Source: Octopus vulgaris (taxonomy: Eukaryota). From it: a stretch of DNA of 64,000 nt. A model generated the notes under the pieces. It was not told the origin of the DNA, ran no database searches, and was given only the letters and a program-made list of their open reading frames with translations. Location of the stretch: the NCBI GenBank assembly GCA_951406725.2, contig OX597818.1, forward strand, positions 12,648,001 through 12,712,000, written 5' to 3'. Each line of letters opens with the position of its first letter. Positions within the stretch are counted from its first letter, which is position 1. Below, one piece after another: positions 14,069 through 27,120 of the stretch. Position numbers and translations under genes: made by a program.

Positions 14069-15586
14069 GAGGAATTTCCAAAACACTCTCTGTCTATCTA
14101 TCCATCTTTCGCAAAAAAGGAAAAGTATAATCGTCACTAAATGCAACTACACTGGTGTAATTTGTAAAATGAACAAAAATGTATGGCATCCAATGAGAGA
14201 TAAATATCATTAAATATACACTGGATGCAAATGAGAGCTACGTATAAATTCTAATGCCTGTCATAATAATACAGACAATCCAGCTTGTGTATTATGCAGT
14301 GTATTATCAGGCAAATCATTCTGGGTTAAATTACAACGCCAGAAAAACAAGTCAGAAGAGACAAAACGTCAATGAAACAGAGTGCGAGAAAAATCAAGGA
14401 AAGAAGGGCGATGAAAACTGTCTCCTTGTCCCGTTAGATATGGGATATGTTTCTAATCTCACACTAGAAAACAATGTCCTCACCGCATTAAGCTTAATGT
14501 CTCAGCAACTTCTCGTCAAATTAACAACACCGATCATTGTTACTGCCTAGGCTAATGCACTAGTCATCTCCCTTCCCACCATGTTTTTATCCGGCCCACT
14601 TCGTTTACTTTCTTTTTGTCATTCTTTCTCGATCTTACTCATTTGTGCTTAGAGAGCAGCAGTGTTGTATTTTGAGACTGAATGTTTAATACATGTCCCA
14701 TTCATACGTGACACGCTGTACAATCTCGTACGGCTGTTGTTGCAGCATTCATTCGGCAGTCAACGAAGTACATCTCTAAGGGATCTTATCCCTGGGTGAA
14801 TACCGTAATTAATTTGGCTTCTGCTGGCATATTTACATAAGGTACCATACACACATGGCTATTTTAATCACATGCAAATTCTGATACACATAAAGGAATA
14901 TTACTCAGCCAACCGTTTGATTGTAACACCAGTGATGTTTCAATAGCTCATTACCTATATTCAGTGACGATCATGTCTGAGGATGCGGTTAGTAATGAGT
15001 ACATACCAATGACAAAGCTTAAGAACAGAAATGCTTATGTAGTATTTTGACTACTGCTGCTGCATGATTTATGTTTGCTAAGATATATCTGTGTTAATAG
15101 ACACTGTACGTCCTTAGTACTACAGTTAATTTCGTAATGTGTTTAAATTCAGTATGATATACTCATGATAAACTTATATATATATTTATACATACATATA
15201 TACATATATATACATATATATATATATATGTGTATATGTATATACATATATGTGTGTATGTGTATATATGTATATATATATATATATTTATATATGTAAA
15301 TAATATATAATGCATACACACATATGAACACTGAGATATTATCATTATATATAAAGGTATATTACATACATTATAATATAATTAAAACCAAAAATGTAAA
15401 ATTAATAAATGAGGGTGCAAAATAGCTCCTACAATTCCTAAAAATGAGAGCCAATATATACTTCGAACAGCCACACAAAAGTACTAACTTCGAGCAGGGG
15501 GCCACATCATCTTTCTTTGGCGAAATAAACTCACAGAATGAAGTCTGTGTTTATCTGTTGGTTTATATATATATATATATATATAT

Positions 15587-15765
15587 AGTTAATCCAAACA
15601 TGAAAGCACAAATAAAACACAACAACGCGAGGACGTGGAACAAATGTAGTATTATTGGACGCTCAGGAAAGAAGGAAAGAAGGAGGTGTAACGTTTCGAG
15701 CGGAGCTCTTCGTCGGAAACATAAGAGAAGGAAAGATCCAGAGAAGGGAAGACAGAGGAAGACAT
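15587..15765 (-). mobile_element. Penelope-like terminal repeat fragment with hammerhead-like motif
   Basis: Minus strand CCGACGA-a-gagc-tcc-gctc-GAAA-cgtta at 15689-15716. Same layout as the 63450-63600 repeat. Flanked by (TA)n. Confidence 0.55.
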
Positions 15766-16001
15766 ATATATATACATATATATATATATATGTGTGTGTG
15801 TATTAATGTGTATGTATGTACTTATGTATGTATGTATAGGTTTCGTTTTAGCGTGTGGGCAAGTATAATGATACATGCATATGTTTGCATGTGAATAACG
15901 CCTGTCTTTATATATCTACGTGTACAGATTTCTGTGAGTGGATATGTTTTTAATGAAAACAGACTTACATTTATATTATTTATATATACAAATTTACTAT
16001 T

Positions 16002-16194
16002 CTGTTGTGTCTGAGGAGAGTAATTTTCTTATAATTTAACACACTCACGGTTAAAGTTTCCACTCATTTATTTTTCTTATATTTTCGTTACGAAAATTTT
16101 AGAAAAACTAAAATAGTAAATGAGTGGAAACTTTACCGGTGGGTGTGTTAAATTACAAGGCACTGAAGAGAATGATTCTCTCCAGACACCACAG
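16002..16194. repeat. About 190 bp imperfect palindrome built from two inverted copies of an interspersed repeat
   Basis: Arms gtgtctg..gagag..aatttaacacac..aaagtttccactcattta and taaatgagtggaaacttt..gtgtgttaaatt..ctctccagacac. Centre attttcgttacgaaaat. A single arm recurs at about 61843-61975. Confidence 0.85.
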
Positions 16195-17177
16195 TATATC
16201 CTTCAACACAGGAAGTCACATAAATAGTCTTGCAAACCAAATCCAAAAACGCAACTAATGTGCTGTTTTCCTTTTTAAACTAAGAATTTTTTTTTGATTT
16301 AAAGTTTTCTTCGATTTTATGCACTACGATATTAAACAATACGATTTTATACAATAAGATTTTATACAACACGATATTTATGCCTTTTAATTTTAATCGT
16401 TTTAATCTTTATTATCCAAATTCACCACTTCTTAAAAAGACGTTGTTTGAAAAAAAAAAAACAATGAAATTCAAATGTGTATCTGTCAATGACAATTACA
16501 TTATAATATATTATACATGCAACCTCTTTCTTTTTCCATTCTGAATCATTCTGACAAGTAGCAGGTATTTTGTGATGTTTCGCAGATTTAATAATAAAGT
16601 ACACACCCACACACGCGCACACACAAACACACTCGCAAACACGCACGCACACACATGTATCTGTACGAAGAATCAGAGAATCTGGTGAGATGAATATAAA
16701 CAATAACGATATATAAAGTTATATAAAATATCATTGCAGACAAGAAAGGAAATTAAAGGAAAAATTTGCAGCTACTAAAACCGCTTCGAACTGTGTAGGG
16801 AGATAATTCAATGAAAAAGAAATCGTTGACATTGAGAAAACGTCGAGGAAAACTGTGTCCTGAAGACAAGAGTAGGTTTGTCGAAGAGAGTTCCGTCATC
16901 TGTAAACATCAACTTTACAGCAGTTGTATTTCCTGAACTCCATCGCTTTTCTATATTTACATACCGAGATAAACATAACAGAATAGATTACATGCACGGC
17001 CAAAAGTAATTTGAATTACACAAACGAATATTGTGTGAGAGAAATTACACATAGGGCTTTGTTATCCGTATGTCGAATACACAGGAATACACGTATGTAG
17101 AATAGCTCAAAGAGATCATTAATCAACTGCCTGTCAAATTTCTGTTATTGGAATTTGGTAAACAGCAAGTGTTTCCT

Positions 17178-18460
17178 TGGTGCTATGGGTAAATTGTAGC
17201 CATTGTATATTTTTAATTTCGTGCATGCGCATTGTTTGTTTTAGCTTTTGTCATCTACACAATATAGTAGGGACAGTTAGGCACCGTCTGTGAGAAAAAC
17301 AGCACCATGACGCAATTCAGTCTGCCAGGAATTTGGGACGGCATGCTGTACTACTTGGCATTCGCACCGGAAACTCCAATATGACAATATGAACATTTTA
17401 GAGTGTTTGAATGTCTATCTGAGGATAGCGCAGGTGATTCAGAAAGAGTTAGATGAGTCTAATGATGATTACGAAGGTACGGCAGCTCGGAAAACTGTAT
17501 CTGATCATTGTGATAAGAAAATAATTTCTGAATTCCTGATCCAGGCCATGATTAACGACGATTCTTCCAAATCAATCAGATCTATCGCCAGGAACATGGA
17601 AGTCTCTAAGCTTCTTATCAGGCAAGTAGCGCATGGAGACATTCAGTATTCCTCATACAAGATGAGAAAGAGCCAATTTCTATCCCAAGCCATCAAGGGC
17701 AAGAGGAAAGACCGCATTACGAATCTTTTTAACAAACTCTAGTATACTCACCAACTAACATGCTTTGGTTAAAATTTCTGCCAGGATCAGATTGTGAATA
17801 CAAAGAACAACCGTTGTCTTGCCGTGTTCCCAAAACGTGTACCGAGAGAGATAAAATTAAACATCCATTCAACATTTGGGGTGATCACAAGTGATAGCAA
17901 CATTATGCCTCCATTCATTTTCCCAAAAGGCCTCAGAGTCTAGACGGAGACCTACATCAAGTGGGTGGAGGCAGTTGTGCTGCCCTGGGTCAAGAGAGTG
18001 CCTATTGGACATCCTTATGTCTGACAACAGGACTCTACACTATTCCACAAAAGCAGGAGAACCTAGTCACGGCTGTCAGACAATTTCCTAATTGCACATC
18101 ATCCCTAACATCTGGCCACCTAACTCACCAGGGTGCAACCAACTTGATTATTATGTGTAGAAAGCAGTTGAGCGAGAGATCAAGAAACTCCTTGTAACAT
18201 CAAAGATGAACTAAAAGCAAGGATAATGGCGCAATTCACCAACGTAAACAAGGAGACGGTCCAGAAGAGTTGCAGGAGATTCCGAAGTCCTCTGGAGGCC
18301 GTGGTTGAAAGCCAATGCCGATTTTGTGTGAATAAATTTATTCTTTACTATTTCAAAAAATTTTAATGTAATTTTGGTAAATATATCCGTTAAAATGATA
18401 TGTCAGTATTATTTCCATTTTTGCGTAATTTAGACGACAATTTATTCATCGCACCCTATA
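17178..18460 (+). mobile_element. Near full-length Tc1/mariner-superfamily DD37D (maT-type) transposon with pseudogenised transposase
   Basis: Frameshifted ORF with SIRSIARNMEVS (HTH), ITSDSNIMPPFIFPKG, QQDS and IWPPNSPGCNQLDYYV. Imperfect TIRs ggtgctatgggtaaattgtag (17179) and cgacaatttattcatcgcaccc-ta (about 18435-18460). Confidence 0.9.
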
Positions 18461-18464
18461 AATT

Positions 18465-18613
18465 GATGTATGTATGTATGTATGTATGTATGAGTGTATG
18501 TACATATGCATGTATGCATGTATGCATATATGTATCTATTTATCGGTTTCTCTGTGAGGCTGTGCCTATCTACCTACCTACCTACCTACCTACCTACCTA
18601 CCTACCTACCTAC

Positions 18614-18681
<68 letters not shown>

Positions 18682-18702
18682 GTATCTGTGTGTGTGTGTG
18701 TG
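18465..18702. repeat. (TATG)n/(TACC)n/(TATC)n/(TG)n compound microsatellite
   Basis: Read directly. Confidence 0.95.
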
Positions 18703-18902
18703 GGTGTACCTATATACTCATGTTCTTGTTGAGATTCATTGTAGAAGTCAGTGTCTCCTCCATTACCAATGAATTAAGAAAGAAAATTGATAAGCTACAG
18801 TTGCGTGTAGTTTCAGTGGAAGATTCATGCATTGGAAGCATAGAAGTATCTTTTTCCTTACAGGCCTACATATAGAATTATATATATATGTATATATGTG
18901 CG

Positions 18903-18940
<38 letters not shown>

Positions 18941-19039
18941 CGCGTGTGTGTGTGTGTGCGCGCATATCTATGTATCGATATACGTTTGAATAATATATAA
19001 CATACATATGTGTATACGTTATACACATATGCATATATG

Positions 19040-19116
<77 letters not shown>

Positions 19117-19991
19117 GTGTGCGTATAAACTTTACAAGAAAAGCTGTCAGAAATTAATGATTTACGAACGAAATATTTGTTCTACACCAAGATGTATCTT
19201 GCACTGACAGGAAAGGCAGTAAGCCCGTTATTTTCTCGTTGGAAACTTGTAATCAGCGATGTTTTTTATGCAAATATCACGATATCACATAAAGAGGAAC
19301 AACTAAACATTTGAAGGAATCTATTTTTAACATGTGTTTTGTCAGATTGCAGTAATGAGTCCACGTCATTCTACTATTCTATCGCAAAAAGAATGAAAGC
19401 TATACCAATAATGACTATAACAGTGGTATGTTTCAATGAATATTGAATGAATTGAATTAAAGCCGATTCTTTGTATCTTATATCAGCACAGAAGGCGCAT
19501 TACGTTGGTTTGCTGATTTAGCTAAATATACAACCGACCGAATTTATTGAGCCTACGAAATTTAATGCAAGGCATAAAATCCAATTGCATGCTAAAACTG
19601 ACATTTAAAATCACGTAACAATAAATTGAAAGAAGAGAATAAATAATTCCGGATTGGTATTTTACAGCCCGATGCATATATTTGATACGAATGGAAACTC
19701 ATTAAAACTTTCTTCACATTTCAAAACAGATTTCAAGTTGTAAACGTGTAGAGATAATAAAGAATTGTGTCGACTAGTCACGCAATTGCATATTTCTAGA
19801 GAAGAAAGCATGTCATAAAGCTGGCTATGGTCGATCCTTTTATTTTGGCTCAGAAAAATACTTCGTTATCAGTAATCACTGATACTCTACAAAACACAAG
19901 TGCTTCTATAATGGGTTGTTGCTTCCACATCTAGCACGGTGCACAGACAGTCGCACACTACACCGCATCCAGAGAAAGATCTCTCGCATAA

Positions 19992-20249
19992 TTAAACTAA
20001 GTCGCCTGTAGAAATGCTCGAGCTTTTGGACCACGGGCGGTTTTTTCTCTTCCCCACCTCATTCTTTTTCAAGATCTCCGATAAAAGCTGCCGCCACTCA
20101 GACACCAATTCACTCGTTTCTTTAATCTCATCATCTATGTTGTGCCCAAGTCGCGCACTCCTCTTAATGCTTAGTCTGCTCTCTCCAGAACACCGCTCCA
20201 TGGAATCTCTTCTCGGTTCATATTTACTGTATGGTAATTCCAGGTACAA
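19992..20249 (-). CDS. Unassigned 85-codon ORF: candidate exon (neuropeptide-precursor-like) or mariner N-terminal relic
   Basis: Non-repetitive, GC-richer island. Amphipathic helix DDEIKETSELVSEWRQLLSEILKK with KR and GKR sites. Possible minus-strand acceptors at about 20227 and 20306. No signal peptide seen. Confidence 0.3.
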   Translation of the reverse strand: MYLELPYSKYEPRRDSMERCSGESRLSIKRSARLGHNIDDEIKETSELVSEWRQLLSEILKKNEVGKRKNRPWSKSSSISTGDLV

Positions 20250-21540
20250 CTTTCATTCTTTTATGACGATCATAAGTGGCATGACATTTAACTGGCTCGT
20301 GGAGTCTGAGAAAGCCATGATCAATTTGAAAGAAATAGACAGATCAATAAATAAATCGATAGATAGATTAGAGAGAGAGAGAGCGAGAGAGAGAGAGAGA
20401 GAAAGAGGGAGAGAGAAAGAGAGAGAGAGAGAAAGAGGGAGAGAGAAAGAGAGAGAGAGAGTTTCTATAATTTCAAAATATTGCTCACATATAATGTGAA
20501 TTTGATTTAATTAGGATACAAAACCACGTTACGTTTCACGTTCAATATTCCACGAACTTAACTTATCTGGAATGATATAAAACATTATTATGGTTACACT
20601 ATAGAATTTATTGTTGTAGTCTGGGCTTAGCCGTGTATATTACATATCAGGAGGGTGAGAGAAGAGTGATATTCATAAATTTTGTTTTTCAATTTAATTC
20701 ACCGTTAGAAAGATAACAGTTTGATTCCAGCTGTGAATAGAATTTATACTTTCCATAGTGGTATTTTACTTCAGTTCTATTCTAGAGGTTATATCATCAA
20801 GTCAATCATTTAAATTTTAAAGATATTCGGGAAAAAATCAATTTAACTGTTTCTAGCACATGCATACAACTGATTTTATTGATCTCGGTTGGCTGAACTT
20901 TTGTATATTGAAAATAGAAAGATGGAACCAAATAATTTATGGCATACAATTATTCGCCCTAGTAATGTTATTATCGACTATTTCAATGCATAATAATATC
21001 TTATTTTGACACAGGAAATGAAAATTCATACGTAAATGATTAAGCTCATTAAATAAATATTTTTGGATGGGTACTCATATAACCGAACTAGGAATAATGC
21101 AAGGCTTTTTGCTGAATTTTTGTTATTACTTTGTGCTTAAAAGTATTGGGAGACATTTAGAAGAGAAATTCTAGCGTTATCAATTACACCAACGCTATCA
21201 TTTGCCTACTGTTCATGTCACCAACCACAGACATTTAAATGGCAAAATAGATCTCAGTGAGGTTTGAACTCAGAATTTAAAGGAATCGCATCATACAATG
21301 TAGTATAGTTGGTACATTTCTCTACCAACCCACCCTCCTTTGGGTGTTCTACAGCAATATTTCTTATAACACCAAATCAAGAAATGTAAAGTATGTGTTC
21401 CTTTGGCTCAAATAAATCCAGTATTTGAATGCTACTTAGATGTGTCACAAGTTTATTTGTGCTACGTTGAAAACATGTATTTGCGTGAAGATGATACTCA
21501 AAATAAAATGAAACTTTGTGTGCTATATACAAGTCAATAA

Positions 21541-21756
21541 TACAGGGTGCGGCGGAAATACCTCCCACATTTGAAATGTTGACAAAAGGAGTAAAGAAAC
21601 AAGATTTATAAAAAATTAATTTTAATGTTGTTTAAACAAAGGGTTACAGTTTTTGTTCCTTAGCTAAATGAAAACATCACTGGCACTTTCATAAGTTCAT
21701 TAGCAACACACATGTAAAAGTTTAAAATGTTGGAGGTATTTCTGCCGCACCCTGTA
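21541..21756. mobile_element. Tc1/mariner-derived MITE
   Basis: About 30 bp near-perfect TIRs cagggtgcggcggaaatacctcccacattt and aaatgttggaggtatttctgccgcaccctg, with TA duplication at both ends. Confidence 0.93.
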
Positions 21757-21884
21757 TGATTTTATGTGTAGAAATTTAAACTTTCAAAAACCGTGCCTCA
21801 CTTTTATGCTGAAAATAGAGTGCATATTTTCTGTATTTTGCGTTGTTCATTCCAGCTCTGCTTTTCATATTTATTTATAGTAAT

Positions 21885-22522
21885 GCGGTGAGCTGGCAGA
21901 ATCGCTAATATCATTTCAACTGTTTTTACGTTCTCTTTCCAAATTCCATTAAAATCGATGTTGCTTTTCATACTTCCGGGGTCGATGAAATAAGTAACAG
22001 TTGAATACTGGGGTCGATGTAATCAACTTATCCCCTCTTCCCAAATTGCTAGCCATCTGCCAAAAGTTGAAAGCAATTCATAGTAAGGGTGGTGAGCTGG
22101 CAGAATTGTTAGCACGCCGGACGAAATGCTTAGCGGAATTTAGTCTGCCGTTACTTTCTGACGTCAAATTCCGTCGAGGTCGACTTCGCCTTTCATCCTT
22201 TCGAGGTCGATAAATTAAGTACCAGTACGCACTGGGGTTGATGTAATCGACGTAATCCCTTTGTCTGTCTTTGTTTGTCCCCTCTATGTTTAGCCTTGTG
22301 GGCAATAAAGAAATAAGAATCGTTAGCGCGCCAGACAAAATGATTAGCTTAGCAGCACTTCGTCCGTTTTTACATTCTGAATTCAAATTGCGCCGAGTTC
22401 GATTTTACCTTTCATCGTTTCGGGGTGAGTAAAATAAGTATCAGTTGAGCACAGAGGTCGACGCAATGGGATTAACCCATCCCTCGAAATTGCTGGCCTT
22501 GTCTCAAAATTTGAAACCAATA
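21885..22522 (+). mobile_element. Three tandem or nested family B SINEs
   Basis: ggtgagctggcagaat heads at about 21886 and 22091, a third body from about 22317. Each has the tttcat..tt.ggggtcgata Nin-like core. Confidence 0.85.
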
Positions 22523-25500
22523 TTTATTCATAGATTTCAAATGAGTGTGTATACATGTGTATGTACAAATACATTATGTGTATATAAATTAAAATAAGTA
22601 AAACGAATTCTGATTTACACTATAAGTCACATGATGACTATGATTTCTAACACTTTTTACAGACATTTACTGTTACACATATTTGGGCATAACATCAATG
22701 TTGTATCTTAAATTCACTGAATATTTTTGGATTTTTAAACACTGGGCCTTTCAGATTCCCATCACATGTAGAGTGATATTTGGTTTTAATCTAAAGTGCA
22801 TTTTACTGTTTCTACTATTTCCTGGTTTATAGACAAATCCAGTTCGATTTCTTTTCTGTTTCCTCCTTATCTTTTGTAGCTTCTCCTATGCAGTCTAAGG
22901 TCCTCTAAACCCCATTAAGGTTAAAGGCCACTGCCCACATCCACCGACATGGATCTTGTTCACTAATCATTCTTGTTGCAGCAGTCTTCCACCATCTTCT
23001 GATGTTTGGCTCTTTTCTTGTGTTATCTCTCGCTATTCCACTAAAATTGGCTGGAATATGACATCAGAAACCAAAACTTGAACAAGAACTCTGCCATATG
23101 CGATAGGAATTCAAAACTTAAAGAAGGTGTTGGGAGCGTTCATATTTTATCAAAATCTGAGTACAAAACGAAGTGGTAATCCCACAAGTGTTGCCAAAAA
23201 TATTATTTTTCAAAACTCTCTGAACCATTTCTTCTCTTTTTGTTTTTGGTACTGCCTTGTGCAATGGGATATAAGATTTTGAGGAGAGACGCACAAGAGG
23301 CCTTATAATGTTTAGTTATTATTCTTTATGCACTAATTTCTCACTCTTCCAGAATCACCTTTGCCACTCCATTCTCTTGAGTGAGAAAACCGATACCAAC
23401 AAAGAAATAGACCCGTCCAAACGAAATATACTCCTCACCCTCATTTGTGCCAGTGTCCCTATGATAGAGTTTACTATTTCCGCAGCTTATGAACGTCAGC
23501 CGTAGTATAGGTAGTGTGATGGAAAGTATGTTAGCGGTGTTTTGTTTTTTACATACTGAATTTAAATTTTGCCGTATATCCTCCCGAGTTCGGTAAAAGG
23601 ACGAACTAGTCAAGAACTGGACTCTATTATTGGACAATAGCCTTCCTCGAAATTGTTTTCCTGAGCCAAAGTTACAAATGATATTATTGCCAACGATTGG
23701 TGATTTTGCATGCTAGCAATTTTACTAAAAGGATTACGTGAAATATAATTTGAATTGTTTATTCCATCATGAAAGTTACCTCTTACTTTTTACTGTTTTG
23801 TTGCTTTCGAGAAATTTTATTTTCGTCATCTCATTTTCTCTCGTTTCAAAAGGAATTTTCTGCCATTCTTTCTCCTTAAAAATGTTCTTCAGTTTTATCT
23901 TGCTTTCATCTTATGTTGTTTGTAAAGGAAAAAAATATATAAAATAGGATGAAAAATGGGAAAATTGCTGGAATTTATGTAATTTTTAGTTATGGATATT
24001 TCAGAAGACGCTGAGACTTACAGAAGATGCCTGAAGAAATACGGTTATCCTATGAATATTACAGATACACAGTGCTGATTAAGAGAGAAAAGAAGTAGTT
24101 TTCTTGTTCGCATGTTATGATTCATTGTTGTAGTTGTTACACAATACCATGCAAGCCTACAAAGCTGTGCGTAACTATAATAATTAACAGCAGGAATTCA
24201 GCAGTTATAAAGGTGATTCACTATACCAGCATTATATTGAAAGAAAGCAGTATCAATACAGAGAACAAAAATATAATCACTACATTCTTCACCATCACTG
24301 ACAACAACCGAAAAAATCAAAGACTGAGTCACCGTGGTGTTTTTCAGCCTAAAAATTTTAAGGCACAAATACTATGATATAATACCCAACCGTCTTGATA
24401 AGAAATGATATGTTGGATATTTTAGTCAATTGTTGATACATGAAGGACCTTTTTAAGTCTGCTCAAACTAGGTTGTTCAGCGACTAAACAAGTGCAACGA
24501 CACCGTTATCTTAGAAAGTTCAATAGCCAGACAATCATGCTTTCTGAAGATTGATACCAGTTGATTGCATGTAAACCTAACCTGTATACAAAGACTTTTG
24601 TAGAAATGGCCTCCCACAAATGAAGGTTCACATATATTGTACGACTCATCGCCAATGAAGATCAATCCCTCACAAATTTTCTAACTAAAATATAGAATTA
24701 ACTAGGTATTATTCAAGATTTTTATAGATCATTCTCTGAGAAGGTGTGCTCAAACTCTACCTATCTGGAAGTTTTGCGAGTCTATTGGAATTTAATTGAC
24801 TAGTCAATATGAAAGACAACGAGTTAAAACTGAAATAATTTTAACAATAAACATAATATACATTCTTCATGCATACATATGTATATATTCGCATTTATGA
24901 AAATACAAGTTCTATGTATATGACATTTTCGTTTTAGAGCGAAAATGATTAATTTCACACAGTTGATAACTAATGTTACAAGGACATTTCTAACATTATT
25001 TTCATTCTATATTGATAAGGATGTAGAAGTTTGGTACTATATTAAAATCAAAGATGTAAACTAAAGTTGCAGCCCGAATGACCATTTATTAATTGTACGT
25101 GGGTGTGTAGCGACTAGAGAGAAAGGAGCGTGTTATCTCGGTAAAACAGCAAATATGACATAATGGTTTGGTGTAAACTATCTCGCTAGTATTTGTTTGT
25201 AAATGCCAACCTGTAAATGCATTTGCAGTTTATTCTGTTTACGATGTTAGTGTAAATACTGTACATCAGAATATTTTTAGTGATAATTAAAAAGATGTCT
25301 AAGATCAAAAATGGAAAAATCAAATGATATATCAAATGAATTTATAGACCATTTAGACAGCACGTTTGCTAAGATGTTTAGAGAAGATATATTTCTTATA
25401 TATAAGGAGGGTTTCAACCTGGAATACTTCTGTGGACTTTCTTGCAACTGGAAAATCTCAAAGGAGATAATGTCATACAGACAGAGGTGATAACGGCAAT

Positions 25501-26919
25501 GATTTTCAGTATTTCTATTCAGCATGCTTCAAAATCAACAGTCATTAATTAAGTTCATCAGAAAATATAAAACTATTTAATGAAATTAATATTTCATTTC
25601 ATTATTTATGAGCTATTCATGATGATAAGCAGGTGTGGTCATTATAATTTATGATTTACCCTGTTACCATACATATAGTGCTTTTTGTGGGGATATAATG
25701 ATTGTAAATCCGATTGCATACACTCATGTGATACAAATCAGTACAAATGTGTACCTTCGAGCAATTTGTATATTGTTGTCTCAAAAACACTGGTTTGTAA
25801 AATCCACGTTCTATCTATAAAGCTGATCAAAGTTAACGCATGATGAAATTTAAATTCAGAGCGTTATTCTTAATGTGGTGTGGTGTTAAAAATTTATTAA
25901 ATCAGTTTTTTTTTTTCAGTAAAATTCTTCAACAAAATATTTGAAGAAATAAGTATATTATCTGCAAATTTAACCCAATATTGTATCGAATATTCCAATG
26001 CATTTTCGATATCCTGTCTGTACAAGTACCACCAATAGACACGGTTGTGGTTTTCATTGGAAGTACACGATATATAACAATACATAATATTTGCAGCAAG
26101 TACTGTAGATTTTTCTTAGTGTCTTAATCTGCGTGTTTCAGGATAATTCTCTTATTAGCATGGACAAAACTTTTCATATGATATTCTTAAGCATACTTAA
26201 AAGAAGCACGATCTCTGAATCTTCAAAAAGTTCTTACTATGACTAAGTTATAAAACAGAACATTTGATATTACAGGCATTTTTAGCTGGTATCGCTGGGC
26301 AAATCGATGGAGCACATGAAACACTGAAGCCTTTGATACATGTCCCTTATTAAAGATCTCCATTTATATTCCATCGAGAGAAACTGATTATCATCTTTAA
26401 TCAAAATAAAATAATAATATATCCCGTGAAGGTATACACTTATACTTGCAGGTGTTTCAGAGTTATGAATATATGTTAAAATAGCTTCTAAATTATTTAA
26501 ACATTGATATATGTAAACACTGCGCAGGTTTCTTTCACTGATGATCACAAGCAGTTATGTCACCACGACGTGAAGTCGGCATAGATATAAAACTATGTTA
26601 CTGTTCTTATGACATCGCAAAGGATATTTATCTCATTTAAACTTTCTAATGTAGTGCATTAATTATTCATAGTAGATTGCCAGTAGGCTGCATTAGGCCG
26701 ATTAAATTTTGAAATACCAATTTCGTATATATATGAAGAGTTATTACAACATACGTTCATTTTAGTTGTATTGATGATACCAAATTGCGAAAGAATGTAC
26801 ATGTATAGGAGAACCGGGATGTTATATATGATTTACTCAAGTAAAACTATCCATTCATAGTTTTCCAATACATTGTATCCAGCATTCCCCTAATCATTAG
26901 TATAACATTATTATAAATA

Positions 26920-27120
26920 ATAATAGTTTCAAATTTTGGCACAAGGCCAGCATCTTCGGAGGAGGTGGTAATCCCATATTATCGACTCAAGGGCTCAATT
27001 AGTACTTATTTTTTCGAACCCCAAAAGAGGAAAGGCAAATCCAACATCGTCGAAGTTTGATCTCAGAACGTAAATACTACAAAGATACTACAAAGCATTT
27101 TGTACGACATGATTATTCTA
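26920..27120 (-). mobile_element. Family B SINE
   Basis: tttcaaattttggcacaaggccagc...gtacttattttt..aaaggcaa..tttga.ctcagaacgtaaa is the reverse complement of the 22085-22520 copies. Confidence 0.75.

Noticed and set aside
23308-23637. Overlapping ORFs on both strands with a plausible acceptor
   Set aside because: No recognisable domain, an in-frame stop before the donor, and overlap with a SINE remnant.
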